Shown here: positions 42,094 through 51,125 of the stretch, in pieces
How positions within the stretch are numbered: the stretch's first letter is position 1
Layout: each line of letters opens with the position of its first letter
NCBI GenBank assembly: GCA_951813565.1
Contig: OX638351.1
Location: 1,312,001 to 1,376,000 of the forward strand
Direction of reading: 5' to 3'
Source of the DNA: an uncultured Poribacteria bacterium
GTDB taxonomy: Bacteria; Poribacteria; WGA-4E; WGA-3G
Length of the DNA stretch: 64,000 nt
Translations under genes and position numbers: made by a program
Notes under the pieces: model-generated
Databases searched by the model: none
What the model was told of the DNA's origin: nothing
What the model saw: only the letters and a program-made list of their open reading frames with translations

Positions 42094-43524
42094 GGGTGTG
42101 TAAAGTTTTTGTAGAAACACTGATGTCCAGAGAGGTTGCGGTTATAGTAAAAATAGGGTATCCTATCCTAATAACCTTAGAAACACAGGAAGGATACCGA
42201 TGTTTAGTATACCATTAGAAAACCCGGAAGTCAAAGAGATTTTAGAAGACATTGCTCAGGTGGCAGGAGAACTTTCGTCATCCCGTTGCGTATCATTAGA
42301 AGCAGCTGAGACTTGTGTGCGAGACTTGATGAATAGAACGGGTCAAAAGTTGTTGGAAGTGTGTGTATCCGAAGCAGCATCTCAACAATCAACAGCACCT
42401 GTTGCTTGTCCACAATGTGAACAAGCGTGTCGTCCGATACAGAAACGCGGCGTGACTATCACAACACTTTGTGGCAGGATCCGTGTGCAGCGTTGGGTGT
42501 ATAAATGTGTGTCGGGTCATTATCATAGACCTTGGGATATGCGCCAGAAGTTGAAAGGTATATATACGTATCGTGTTGCAGAGCGGATGTGTTATCTGGC
42601 AGCACATTTTGACTATAGAGCTGCTGCGAAAGAGTTGTCTTTTCAAGGGATAGAAGTGAACCACACGACATTGCACCAAAAAGTGCGTGAGTGGTTATCA
42701 GAACTGCACGCATCGGAACAAGTAGAACCGCAAAAACTTGTTGCTCATCAGCGTTGGTATGTGGGGTGTGATGGGTGCTACACGAACTCGCCGGATGGAT
42801 GGAAAGAAGTGAAAGTCGGTTGTGTTTATAGAGATTATCCACAACTGGGTTCGGGGGCGACACCGAGTGCGAGAACAGAAAGTATTCGTTATGTTGCGGG
42901 GCGTGAGAATGCGGAACAGTTTGGGAAAAAGTTATTTGCGTTAGCAACGCAAAGTGGCATTTACCGAGACGATATAGATACCCAGGATGTTGTGTTTATC
43001 GGGGATGGTGCTGCGTGGATATGGAACTTAGCCGATGAATACTTTCCGAATGCCATTGAGATTGTGGATTACATGCATGCGAAATCCCATTTATATGAAG
43101 TGGCAAAACAGGCATTTGGGGAACATCAGACAACAACGATTGAAAAGTGGGTAGAGGCAACAGACTTTTTTCTTTATGAGGGAGACACAGCAGAACTCGT
43201 TTTACGCATTCGGGGTTTAGGTATAGAAAATCCAGATGTTGTGAATATCTTAGACAGGGAAGCAGGCTATTTCGAAAAGCACGCTGAACGCATGCAATAT
43301 AAAATGTTTAGAGAAAAAGGGTATCAAATCGGGAGTGGCGTGATTGAGAGTGCCTGCAAACATGTCGTGGGGCAAAGGTGTAAACAAGCTGCTATGGGGT
43401 GGCAGGAGAAAGGTATCAATCCAGTGCTTTCCGCACGATGTTTGATAAAAAATGGAGCGTGGGACAGATATTGGAATGAACTCAAACAGGCAGCATGAAC
43501 TTATAACCAAAACTTTACACACCC
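42094..43524 (+). mobile_element. ISKra4-like insertion sequence, copy 1
   Basis: TIRs GGGTGTGTAAAGTTTT / AAAACTTTACACACCC; encloses a 432-aa transposase; no clear TSD. Confidence 0.88.
42200..43498 (+). CDS. ISKra4-family (UPF0236-like) DDE transposase
   Basis: CPQC zinc finger; CDG; GDGAAWIWN; DYMHA; IGSGVIESACK. Confidence 0.88.
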   Translation: MFSIPLENPEVKEILEDIAQVAGELSSSRCVSLEAAETCVRDLMNRTGQKLLEVCVSEAASQQSTAPVACPQCEQACRPIQKRGVTITTLCGRIRVQRWVYKCVSGHYHRPWDMRQKLKGIYTYRVAERMCYLAAHFDYRAAAKELSFQGIEVNHTTLHQKVREWLSELHASEQVEPQKLVAHQRWYVGCDGCYTNSPDGWKEVKVGCVYRDYPQLGSGATPSARTESIRYVAGRENAEQFGKKLFALATQSGIYRDDIDTQDVVFIGDGAAWIWNLADEYFPNAIEIVDYMHAKSHLYEVAKQAFGEHQTTTIEKWVEATDFFLYEGDTAELVLRIRGLGIENPDVVNILDREAGYFEKHAERMQYKMFREKGYQIGSGVIESACKHVVGQRCKQAAMGWQEKGINPVLSARCLIKNGAWDRYWNELKQAA

Positions 43525-43540
43525 GAACATTGGTTTTCTA

Positions 43541-43569
43541 TTGACAACATTCAAGTGAAATGTTAGTAT
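43541..43569 (+). promoter_or_regulatory. Sigma70-like promoter
   Basis: TTGACA, 17 bp, TGn-TAGTAT. Confidence 0.5.
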
Positions 43570-43609
43570 GTTTTTACTGTATTTCATGCAATTGCATTTG
43601 GCTAAAATA

Positions 43610-43896
43610 ACGTGAGTTCGGCATAAGGAATTTTTTGTAGCGCAAACTGTATGAAGTTTAAAAAATAAATCGGTAATTTAGCGAGGTTAGGAAACCTCGC
43701 CAGCAGCGGGCACATCTGCCTCGTACGGACAGAAAATTACCGAATTAATAAATTAATCTTCATTCAGTTTGCGTTCCACGGATGCACAAACTAACAGTTT
43801 AATGCTCAAAGTGCAGTTAGAAACCGCACCTACCGTTGTTATTAGAGTAAAATTAAAAGCATTAAAAACTATATATCTCTTATACCGAGCTCACGT
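43610..43896. mobile_element. Composite MITE with 7-bp TSD; contains a REP and an inner MITE (43651-43763)
   Basis: Ends ACGTGAGTTCGG / CCGAGCTCACGT; TAAAATA duplicated at 43603-43609 and 43897-43903; inverted relative at 59763-59999. Confidence 0.85.
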
Positions 43897-43921
43897 TAAA
43901 ATATATTGAGGGAGCATTGAA

Positions 43922-44314
43922 ATGAGTACGAAAAATCGAAACTGGAAACGCCATCTGACTAAAGCGTTAACTGTTTTATTGATATTCATGGTTTGCCTTT
44001 CGATTTTACAGTGGTTTATCATTGGTGCACTTTTCGAATTTGGTTCGGAGACTTTGAAAGATGCAATGGTTAGACAAGCCCCAGAAGGTGTAAACCGCAA
44101 TGATATAATAAATACATTTGAACGAGTCAAAAGTGCAGCGCAACAACTACCTTTTAGTTTTATCACAGGAAAAATCAATCTGCGAAAAATAAAAGCTGCC
44201 GGTGAATATGCTCTTGAAGCAAACGCTAATGAAACTTGGGACGCAGAAGAAATCAATACTCTCCTGGGGATGCTCAATGCTGCTGTAGGATATAAACAAG
44301 AATTGAGCAACTGA
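43922..44314 (+). CDS. Hypothetical membrane-anchored protein
   Basis: GAGGGAG RBS; N-terminal TM helix; 5-nt gap to the next gene. Confidence 0.7.
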   Translation: MSTKNRNWKRHLTKALTVLLIFMVCLSILQWFIIGALFEFGSETLKDAMVRQAPEGVNRNDIINTFERVKSAAQQLPFSFITGKINLRKIKAAGEYALEANANETWDAEEINTLLGMLNAAVGYKQELSN

Positions 44315-44319
44315 CATCA

Positions 44320-45072
44320 ATGCTACTAACACCGCCTTACGAAAAATTTGCTTATGCCTATGACCGAATGATGCGGAACGTCAATTACTCACGCTGGAGC
44401 GATTATATTGAATCACTTTTCAGGATGTACGATTGTGAACCGCGTAAGATCCTTGATTTAGCGTGTGGCACAGGAGCATTGACTGCCTTGTTAGCTTCTA
44501 AGGGATATGTAATGACCGGCATAGATAGAGCAAAGGGAATGTTGGACGTTGCTCGCGAAAAGGCAAAAGAACAAAATTTACAAATCACATTCCATCACGG
44601 TGATATGCTCAATTTCCGGTTAAACCAGCAGTTTGACGCAATCCTTTGCACCTACGATAGCATAAACTACGCCTGCGACGAAAATGAATTAAGTGGTGTG
44701 TTCAAAACTGTTTCAGAACATCTCGCGGAAGATGGGTTGTTTATCTTTGACGTAACAACGGAACGGAACATCGTTGAACATTTCCACAACAAGACTTTCT
44801 CCGAAAACCACGAAGATTATTCCTATATTTGGAAAAATAATTACCTCTATCATACCAAAATGTGCCGCACCTTCCTGACTTTTTTTATTCGAGAAGGTGA
44901 ATTGTTTAGACGTTATGAAGAGATGCACAAGCAACGAATTTATGAGGTAGATACGGTCAATAAATTGCTGAAATCTACAGGCTACAAAATGCTGAGTGCT
45001 TTCGACATGTATACCTTCAATAAGTGGAGTCGTACTTCAGATCGAATCAACTTCACTGCACAGTTGACATGA
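44320..45072 (+). CDS. Class I SAM-dependent methyltransferase
   Basis: ILDLACGTG, GDM, DSINY, GLFIFDV. Confidence 0.9.
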   Translation: MLLTPPYEKFAYAYDRMMRNVNYSRWSDYIESLFRMYDCEPRKILDLACGTGALTALLASKGYVMTGIDRAKGMLDVAREKAKEQNLQITFHHGDMLNFRLNQQFDAILCTYDSINYACDENELSGVFKTVSEHLAEDGLFIFDVTTERNIVEHFHNKTFSENHEDYSYIWKNNYLYHTKMCRTFLTFFIREGELFRRYEEMHKQRIYEVDTVNKLLKSTGYKMLSAFDMYTFNKWSRTSDRINFTAQLT

Positions 45073-45108
45073 ATAGTGTCGTTGAAATCGTGGTTATACA
45101 AAACTCAA

Positions 45109-45259
45109 CAGGACTTACGCAAAATGAGCAGAAAAAGGAAATATTGGACTTAAAAAGCCGTAATTTCGGTATTTTATCTCCCCATACGCTATCGCTATGG
45201 GGGCCCGCCCCCTAAATCCCCCTTATCAGAGGACTTTAAGAAAAGGTGCGTAAGTCCTG
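45109..45259. mobile_element. 151-bp MITE with 5-bp TSD
   Basis: TIR CAGGACTTACGCA / TGCGTAAGTCCTG; CTCAA duplicated at 45104-45108 and 45260-45264. Confidence 0.88.
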
Positions 45260-45265
45260 CTCAAT

Positions 45266-46318
45266 TTACAAACCTTGTGCGATTAGGTCTCCGACTTCTT
45301 CAGTCGTGTAACCCATTCTTCCAGCCCCGAGGTCTTTTATTTTTCCGCTTGCGAGTAGATCACTGATAGATTTTTCAACTTTTGCTGCTGCGTCAGAATG
45401 CCCAAGATGTTCAAGCATCATACCTGCTGCGCCGACAGCAGCTATCGGGTTGATCTGATTTTTGCCGGTATACCGTGGCGCTGAACCGTGAATTGGTTCA
45501 AACATAGCGACACTCTCTGGGTTCAAATTACCTGATGCAGCTACACCCATACCCCCTTGAATCATCGCACCCAAATCGGTGATGATGTCTCCGAACATAT
45601 TACAGGTCACAATCACATCAAACCATTCTGGATTTTTTACCATCCACATCGTTGTCGCATCAACGATTGCGTATTCCCTTTTGATATCAGGATAGTCTTC
45701 TCCAACCTCGTCAAAGACGCGTCGCCATAAGTCGTGGGCATAGGTGAGAACGTTCGCTTTATCACATGAAGTTAAGGTATTCGTCTTGTTACGTTTTCGG
45801 GTGAGTTCATACGCATAGCGTACACACCTTTCAACACCTTTATAGGTGTTGATCATCTCTTGGATTGCGACTTCATCGCGTGTGCCGCGTTTCAAAAAGC
45901 CACCGATTCCGGAATATAAACCTTCCGTGTTTTCACGCACGATGATGAAATCAATATCTTCCGGACCTTTGTCCTTCAACGGTGTAGGCACACCAGGGTA
46001 GAGTTTAACAGGACGCAGGTTAATATAGAGATCGAGTTCAAACCGTACCTTTAGTAAAATCCCTTTCTCTAAAATTCCGGGTTTGACATCGGGATGTCCG
46101 ATTGCGCCGAGATAAATTGCATCAAGTCCGCGTAGTTCTTCAAGGACTGAATCGGGTAACACTTCACCAGTTTCCAGATATCGGTCTCCACCGACATCAT
46201 ACTCAACAGTTTCGTATTTAATACCTTCTTGTGCAGCTGCCGCCCCGAAGACCTTCATTGCTTCGCGCGTTACTTCGGGGCCAATTCCGTCTCCTGGAAT
46301 GAGACCGATTTTATACAT
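45266..46318 (-). CDS. leuB: 3-isopropylmalate dehydrogenase
   Basis: [52 protein letters not shown]. Confidence 0.85.
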   Translation of the reverse strand: MYKIGLIPGDGIGPEVTREAMKVFGAAAAQEGIKYETVEYDVGGDRYLETGEVLPDSVLEELRGLDAIYLGAIGHPDVKPGILEKGILLKVRFELDLYINLRPVKLYPGVPTPLKDKGPEDIDFIIVRENTEGLYSGIGGFLKRGTRDEVAIQEMINTYKGVERCVRYAYELTRKRNKTNTLTSCDKANVLTYAHDLWRRVFDEVGEDYPDIKREYAIVDATTMWMVKNPEWFDVIVTCNMFGDIITDLGAMIQGGMGVAASGNLNPESVAMFEPIHGSAPRYTGKNQINPIAAVGAAGMMLEHLGHSDAAAKVEKSISDLLASGKIKDLGAGRMGYTTEEVGDLIAQGL

Positions 46319-46404
46319 GAATTCCCTCCACATGGTTGCGTCATAGTTTTTGACTCCTATATTTTAACATATTTGGGGTGAGATTGCAAATGTGGTATTT
46401 TGGG

Positions 46405-46498
46405 GGGTGTGTAATATTTGGTTACATAGGTTCAATTTGCAATGATTACGCGGCGTTTTCCACTGTAGGGCGGATTTCTACAAAAACTTTACACACCC
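46405..46498 (-). mobile_element. 94-bp miniature derivative of the ISKra4-like element
   Basis: Ends GGGTGTGTAATATTTGGTTA and TTTCTACAAAAACTTTACACACCC match the IS ends; flanked by an ATTTTGG(G) direct repeat. Confidence 0.8.
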
Positions 46499-46505
46499 AT
46501 TTTGG

Positions 46506-47937
46506 GGGTGCGTAAAGTTTTGGTTATAAGTGTCATGCTGCCTGTTTGAGTTCATTCCAATATTTGTCCCAGTCCCCATTTTTCACTAAACACCGTAAGG
46601 CAAGCACCGGGTTGATACCTTTCTCTTTCCACCTCATAGCAGCTTGTGGACACCTTTGTCCGACAACCTGTGGACAGGCACTCTCAATCACACCACTCCC
46701 GATTTGATACCCTTTTTCCCGAAACTTTTTATACCGCGGACGAGCAGCGTGTTTTTCAAAATACCGTGCTTCTCTTTCGAAAATATCCGATACTTCCGGG
46801 TGCTGTGTGTCTAAGCCACGAATGCGTGCGGCTACTTCTGTAATGTTGCCATCATAAAGGATAGGTTCTGTCCTTTTTACCCAGTCTTGTATCGCCTCTG
46901 TTTCAGTCTCTCCGAAGGCAACTTTAGCAACATCGGACAGATGAGATTTCGCGTGCTTGTAATCCACAATCTCAACAGCATTGGGAAAGTATTCATCTGC
47001 TAAGTTCCAAATCCACGCAGCACCATCACCAAGAAACACAATCTCTTGCGTATCAATAGCTTCTTGGTAGATGCCACTATTGGTTGCTAACGCATATAAC
47101 TCCTTACCAAAATGTGCTGCATCATTACGCGTTGCAACATAACGGATACTTGTCTCTCTCGCACTTGACACCGCATCAGAACCACATTGTGGATAATCTC
47201 TGTAAACACAACCGACTTTTGTCTCTTGCCATCCATCAGTAGAGTTGGTGTAGCATCCATCACAACTTACATACCAACGCTGATTAGCCGCAAGTATTTG
47301 CGGTTCAACTTGTGCTGACACGCTCAAGTCTGATGACCACTCAAGCACTTTTTCGCGCACTATCGTATGGCTCACTTCTATCCCTTGAAAAGCCAACGCT
47401 TTCGCAGCAGCTCTATAGTCAAAATGCGCCGCAACATAACACATCCGCTCTACAACACGACGCGTCCATTTACCTCGCAACTTTTGACACGCATCCCAAG
47501 GTCTATGATAATGACCCGACACACATTTATACACCCAACGCTGCACACGGATCCTGCCACAAAGTGTTGTGATAGTCACGCCGCGTTTCTGTATCGGACG
47601 ACACGCTTGTTCACATTGTGGACAAGCAACAGGTGCTGTTGATTGTTGAGATGCTGCTTCGGATACACACACTTCCAACAACTTTTGACCCGTTCTATTC
47701 ATCAAGTCTCGCACACAAGTCTCAGCTGCTTCTAATGATACGCAACGGGATGACGAAAGTTCTCCTGCCACCTGAGCAATGTCTTCTAAAATCTCTTTGA
47801 CTTCCGGGTTTTCTAATGGTATACTAAACATCGGTATCCTTCCTGTGTTTCTAAGGTTATTAGGATAGGATACCCTATTTTTACTATAACCGCAACCTCT
47901 CTGGACATCAGTGTTTCTACAAAAACTTTACACACCC
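46506..47937 (-). mobile_element. ISKra4-like insertion sequence, copy 2 (inverted)
   Basis: Same TIRs; 47493-47937 matches the reverse complement of 42094-42538. Confidence 0.88.
46533..47831 (-). CDS. ISKra4-family DDE transposase
   Basis: 432 aa; first ~113 aa identical to copy 1, then divergent. Confidence 0.85.
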   Translation of the reverse strand: MFSIPLENPEVKEILEDIAQVAGELSSSRCVSLEAAETCVRDLMNRTGQKLLEVCVSEAASQQSTAPVACPQCEQACRPIQKRGVTITTLCGRIRVQRWVYKCVSGHYHRPWDACQKLRGKWTRRVVERMCYVAAHFDYRAAAKALAFQGIEVSHTIVREKVLEWSSDLSVSAQVEPQILAANQRWYVSCDGCYTNSTDGWQETKVGCVYRDYPQCGSDAVSSARETSIRYVATRNDAAHFGKELYALATNSGIYQEAIDTQEIVFLGDGAAWIWNLADEYFPNAVEIVDYKHAKSHLSDVAKVAFGETETEAIQDWVKRTEPILYDGNITEVAARIRGLDTQHPEVSDIFEREARYFEKHAARPRYKKFREKGYQIGSGVIESACPQVVGQRCPQAAMRWKEKGINPVLALRCLVKNGDWDKYWNELKQAA

Positions 47938-48009
47938 CGATCCATTTTTGTGCTTGCCTTACCCGTTAAAGTTGTGATAAACTATAACAAAAAACGCATT
48001 GGGAAACAG

Positions 48010-48384
48010 ATGTCATCTATAACAGACCCATCTAAAGTTTTAGCAGAGATATTGACAACAGAAAAACCGTGGGGACGTTTTATCCAGTACGTTCTTAATC
48101 AACCGGTAACTGTCAAGGTTTTGGAGATACATGCAGGTGAACGGGTCAGTTATCAGTATCATCACCATCGGAGTGAACTGTGGATACCGCTTGACGAAGG
48201 TGCGTGTGTTCGCATTGAGGAGGAAGTGATACATCCCGATCCGATGGAGCCAGTTTTTATTCCACAAGGTGCGAAACATCAGCTCATTGGCGAATCTCAA
48301 GATTATAGGATACTTGAAATTGCTTTCGGACATTTTGATGAGGAGGACATTGTCAGACTTGACGATAAATATGGAAGAGTTTAA
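48010..48384 (+). CDS. Mannose-6-phosphate isomerase type II C-terminal cupin-like protein
   Basis: KPWG, SYQYHHHRSELW, FDEEDIVRLDDKYGR. Confidence 0.85.
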   Translation: MSSITDPSKVLAEILTTEKPWGRFIQYVLNQPVTVKVLEIHAGERVSYQYHHHRSELWIPLDEGACVRIEEEVIHPDPMEPVFIPQGAKHQLIGESQDYRILEIAFGHFDEEDIVRLDDKYGRV

Positions 48385-48469
48385 AAGAGAGATGTGATTA
48401 TTGAGTCTAAACTTGAATTTCAGTGGTTTTGGAAAACCTTAACCCGAATTGACAATTGAGGAGACAACC

Positions 48470-49249
48470 ATGAATCACTTGAAACACTTTCGTTTATTGA
48501 TATGCGCTGTTCTGTTGTTTAACTTTATAATGTCAGGGTTTGGACAAGGAGAGAAAGCAGAAACCCTCGTAGGACATTGGACATTTGAGAAAGGTGTTGA
48601 ACTAGAAGATATAACGGGTAACTTTGCCGATATTACGCTCATGGGTGCTGAAATTGAGAATGGGCAATTGAATGTTGACCTCGGTAAGTGGGCAATAGCG
48701 AGTGGCTATGATGGTCCGGATATTGAGGAAAAAACGTTGGTGTCGTGGGTTATCATGGATAACCTTGACGTGCAGGAAGGTTCAATATTAACTGTTGATC
48801 GCCTCTCCGATCAAACTTTTGACGGAATTGTTTTTGGGGAACGTCAGAAGCATCGTTGGATGGCAGGGAGCGGGTGGTTTCATCGCACCCAAGACCCTGA
48901 ACCCGGTTTTGAGGAAAAGAAAACGGGGGAGTTGATTATGATGGCAATTTCGTATGAGAATGATAACGGCATTGCACGCGTGAGACTATACCGTAACGGA
49001 GACGAAATCGGTGACTACACATTTGGTCAATTTGTGTCTTTTGCTAAAAACGATGCTGAGGCTATTTGGGGTAAGCGTCACGGTGGTGTCGCTGGAGGTC
49101 CTGGCGATCTTGACGTCCATATTGAAGATTCACGAATTTATGCTGCTGTCCTCAGTCAGGCAGAGATTAAGAAGTTATTGCCAGACACGCTTGAAGTGGA
49201 AGCGCGCGGTAAACTCGCCACTACATGGGCAAGGCTAAAGACAAGATAG
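48470..49249 (+). CDS. Secreted LamG-like protein
   Basis: GAGGAG RBS; signal peptide; HWTFE..RIY..LS; C-terminal VEARGKLATTWARLK. Confidence 0.8.
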   Translation: MNHLKHFRLLICAVLLFNFIMSGFGQGEKAETLVGHWTFEKGVELEDITGNFADITLMGAEIENGQLNVDLGKWAIASGYDGPDIEEKTLVSWVIMDNLDVQEGSILTVDRLSDQTFDGIVFGERQKHRWMAGSGWFHRTQDPEPGFEEKKTGELIMMAISYENDNGIARVRLYRNGDEIGDYTFGQFVSFAKNDAEAIWGKRHGGVAGGPGDLDVHIEDSRIYAAVLSQAEIKKLLPDTLEVEARGKLATTWARLKTR

Positions 49250-49338
49250 ATATTTGTAGGTGCAATTAGGAAACCGAACTATAGGCGTCAATTTAGCGTG
49301 GATACACGCATTTTGGGTGTTGATTGCCATTTATCTTA

Positions 49339-49427
49339 TACCAAATTAACGAGTTTTGTATTGTTTTCACTGCCGAGAACACGGGCGGGCACAGAGACCC
49401 GCCCCTACGATTTTGGGTAATTTGGTA
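49339..49427. mobile_element. 89-bp MITE with TTA TSD, carrying a GTAG-REP
   Basis: TACCAAATTA / TAATTTGGTA ends; TTA on both sides; inverted near-copy at 60757-60845. Confidence 0.85.
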
Positions 49428-49615
49428 TTAGCCTCAGCGGGGCGGAATGTTTATATTGTTATATGTCATTCCCGCTAAATGCTACACGCCAAATACCGGA
49501 AGCGCATTTGGCGTTGATTGGCAGTTTCAAACTGCGTCTAAAAAGATGGTGTTCACATGTTTTGGGATTTTCTATAAAAAAATGGGATTATTGGAGGTAA
49601 TAAAGAACAACATAA

Positions 49616-51049
49616 ATGAATTCAAGTTTAAAACAGATAGAACTGGGAAGCGATTCTGGTTTGAGACTCAAAATGCTTGTCTGTGCGGATACAGATGCAC
49701 AAGAGACAGATGAACTTGTTGATGCGCGTTTGGAAAATATTCAAGCACTCTTCAAGGCGGAGGTGGATGCACCACTATCCGTTTTAGAACAACATCTGCG
49801 TGCATGGACCCGCAGTCATCTACAAACAGAACATATTCAGCAAGTGCTTGACTTGTCTACCAAAGCAAGAAACGATTTCTCTGTTCTTGTAACTATCGGG
49901 ATAGGTGGGTCTGATTTAAGCGCGCGTGTTTTTCATGAAATTGCCAATCATCCGTATCACAATCTATTATCAATTTCCGAGCGGGGTGGTGCTCCAGAGG
50001 TTTACTTTACAGGTGATACGTTCGATCCGATTCGGTTGAAAGCATTACTTGAAATGCTGAAGTCTCGCAATTTGCTACACAAAACGCTTTTCAATGTCAT
50101 CAGCAAATCGGGGAAAACAGGCGAAACCCTCGCGACGTTAATGATTATTCGGGATAGACTCCAGCAAGAATTTGGGGAGTGGCAAAATCAGATCATCGCT
50201 ACTACTGGTTTGACGACAAAAAGTCTTCTCTATCAATTTCATCAGGAATCTTCGTTTTACGGTATACTCCCTGTTCCGGAAGGTGTTGGTGGTCGTTTTT
50301 CCGCTTTTTCACCAGTCGGTTTATTCTTTTTGGCGATGACTGCTGGGATTGGGAAGAGTCCAGAAGATAGTATAAACGCTGCGGTTGATGGTGTCCAACT
50401 TGCAGATGAGAACTTTCAACTGCCTTATGCGCATCCCAATAATATCGCATATCATCTTGCCCTATGGCTTGATTCTGTTGAGCAATATTACGGTGCGGGT
50501 AGCATTGTTTTCTATAATTACGCTGACAACAGTCGCCTTGGTGAGTGGTTTGTTCAGCTCTATACTGAATCGATTCAGGAACGCGGCTATGGGTCTAACG
50601 TTATTGCTGCGAAAGGTCCTACGAGTAATCATTCTATTCTCAACGGTATCCTTGCTGGGCCGAGAGATAAAGCAGTTATTTTTATCCATTGGGAAAACTT
50701 CGGCGCAGACTTAACAATCCCGTGTGGAAATGAAGGTAATGGATTAGAAGCGTTTGAAGGGCTTTCAATGAACGATAGTCAGACTGCATCCTATCAGGGA
50801 ACAGAGATGGATTTTACGGATAAAGACATTCCGAATGTTACGCTAACACTGCCCAGTCGAGATATTGGTAATGTGTGTCAATTGATGCGGACTCTAATGG
50901 ATACAGTGGCTATTAAAGGTAGGCTGCAAGAACTTCACCTTACCGATGGTATTTTGATGCCTGCAAAAGAGTTAACCTACCATCAATCGGCTGTTGAGGG
51001 ATATAAACAACGTACCGCAGAAATTGCTCGTGAAATGAAAAGGCGTTAA
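49616..51049 (+). CDS. pgi: Glucose-6-phosphate isomerase
   Basis: IGIGGSDL, ISKSGKTGET, VGGRFS, QL..ES, QSAVEGYK. Confidence 0.85.
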   Translation: MNSSLKQIELGSDSGLRLKMLVCADTDAQETDELVDARLENIQALFKAEVDAPLSVLEQHLRAWTRSHLQTEHIQQVLDLSTKARNDFSVLVTIGIGGSDLSARVFHEIANHPYHNLLSISERGGAPEVYFTGDTFDPIRLKALLEMLKSRNLLHKTLFNVISKSGKTGETLATLMIIRDRLQQEFGEWQNQIIATTGLTTKSLLYQFHQESSFYGILPVPEGVGGRFSAFSPVGLFFLAMTAGIGKSPEDSINAAVDGVQLADENFQLPYAHPNNIAYHLALWLDSVEQYYGAGSIVFYNYADNSRLGEWFVQLYTESIQERGYGSNVIAAKGPTSNHSILNGILAGPRDKAVIFIHWENFGADLTIPCGNEGNGLEAFEGLSMNDSQTASYQGTEMDFTDKDIPNVTLTLPSRDIGNVCQLMRTLMDTVAIKGRLQELHLTDGILMPAKELTYHQSAVEGYKQRTAEIAREMKRR

Positions 51050-51125
51050 CTGATTTTAAAATCAATTATTTGGTTGAATTTGGTCAGTTGTTTTGAGCGG
51101 TGTGAAATTCAACAGGGTCAAATTT

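Noticed and set aside
46644..46677. TGTGGACA repeats as DnaA boxes
   Set aside because: Inside the transposase coding sequence, imperfect matches, and no origin context.
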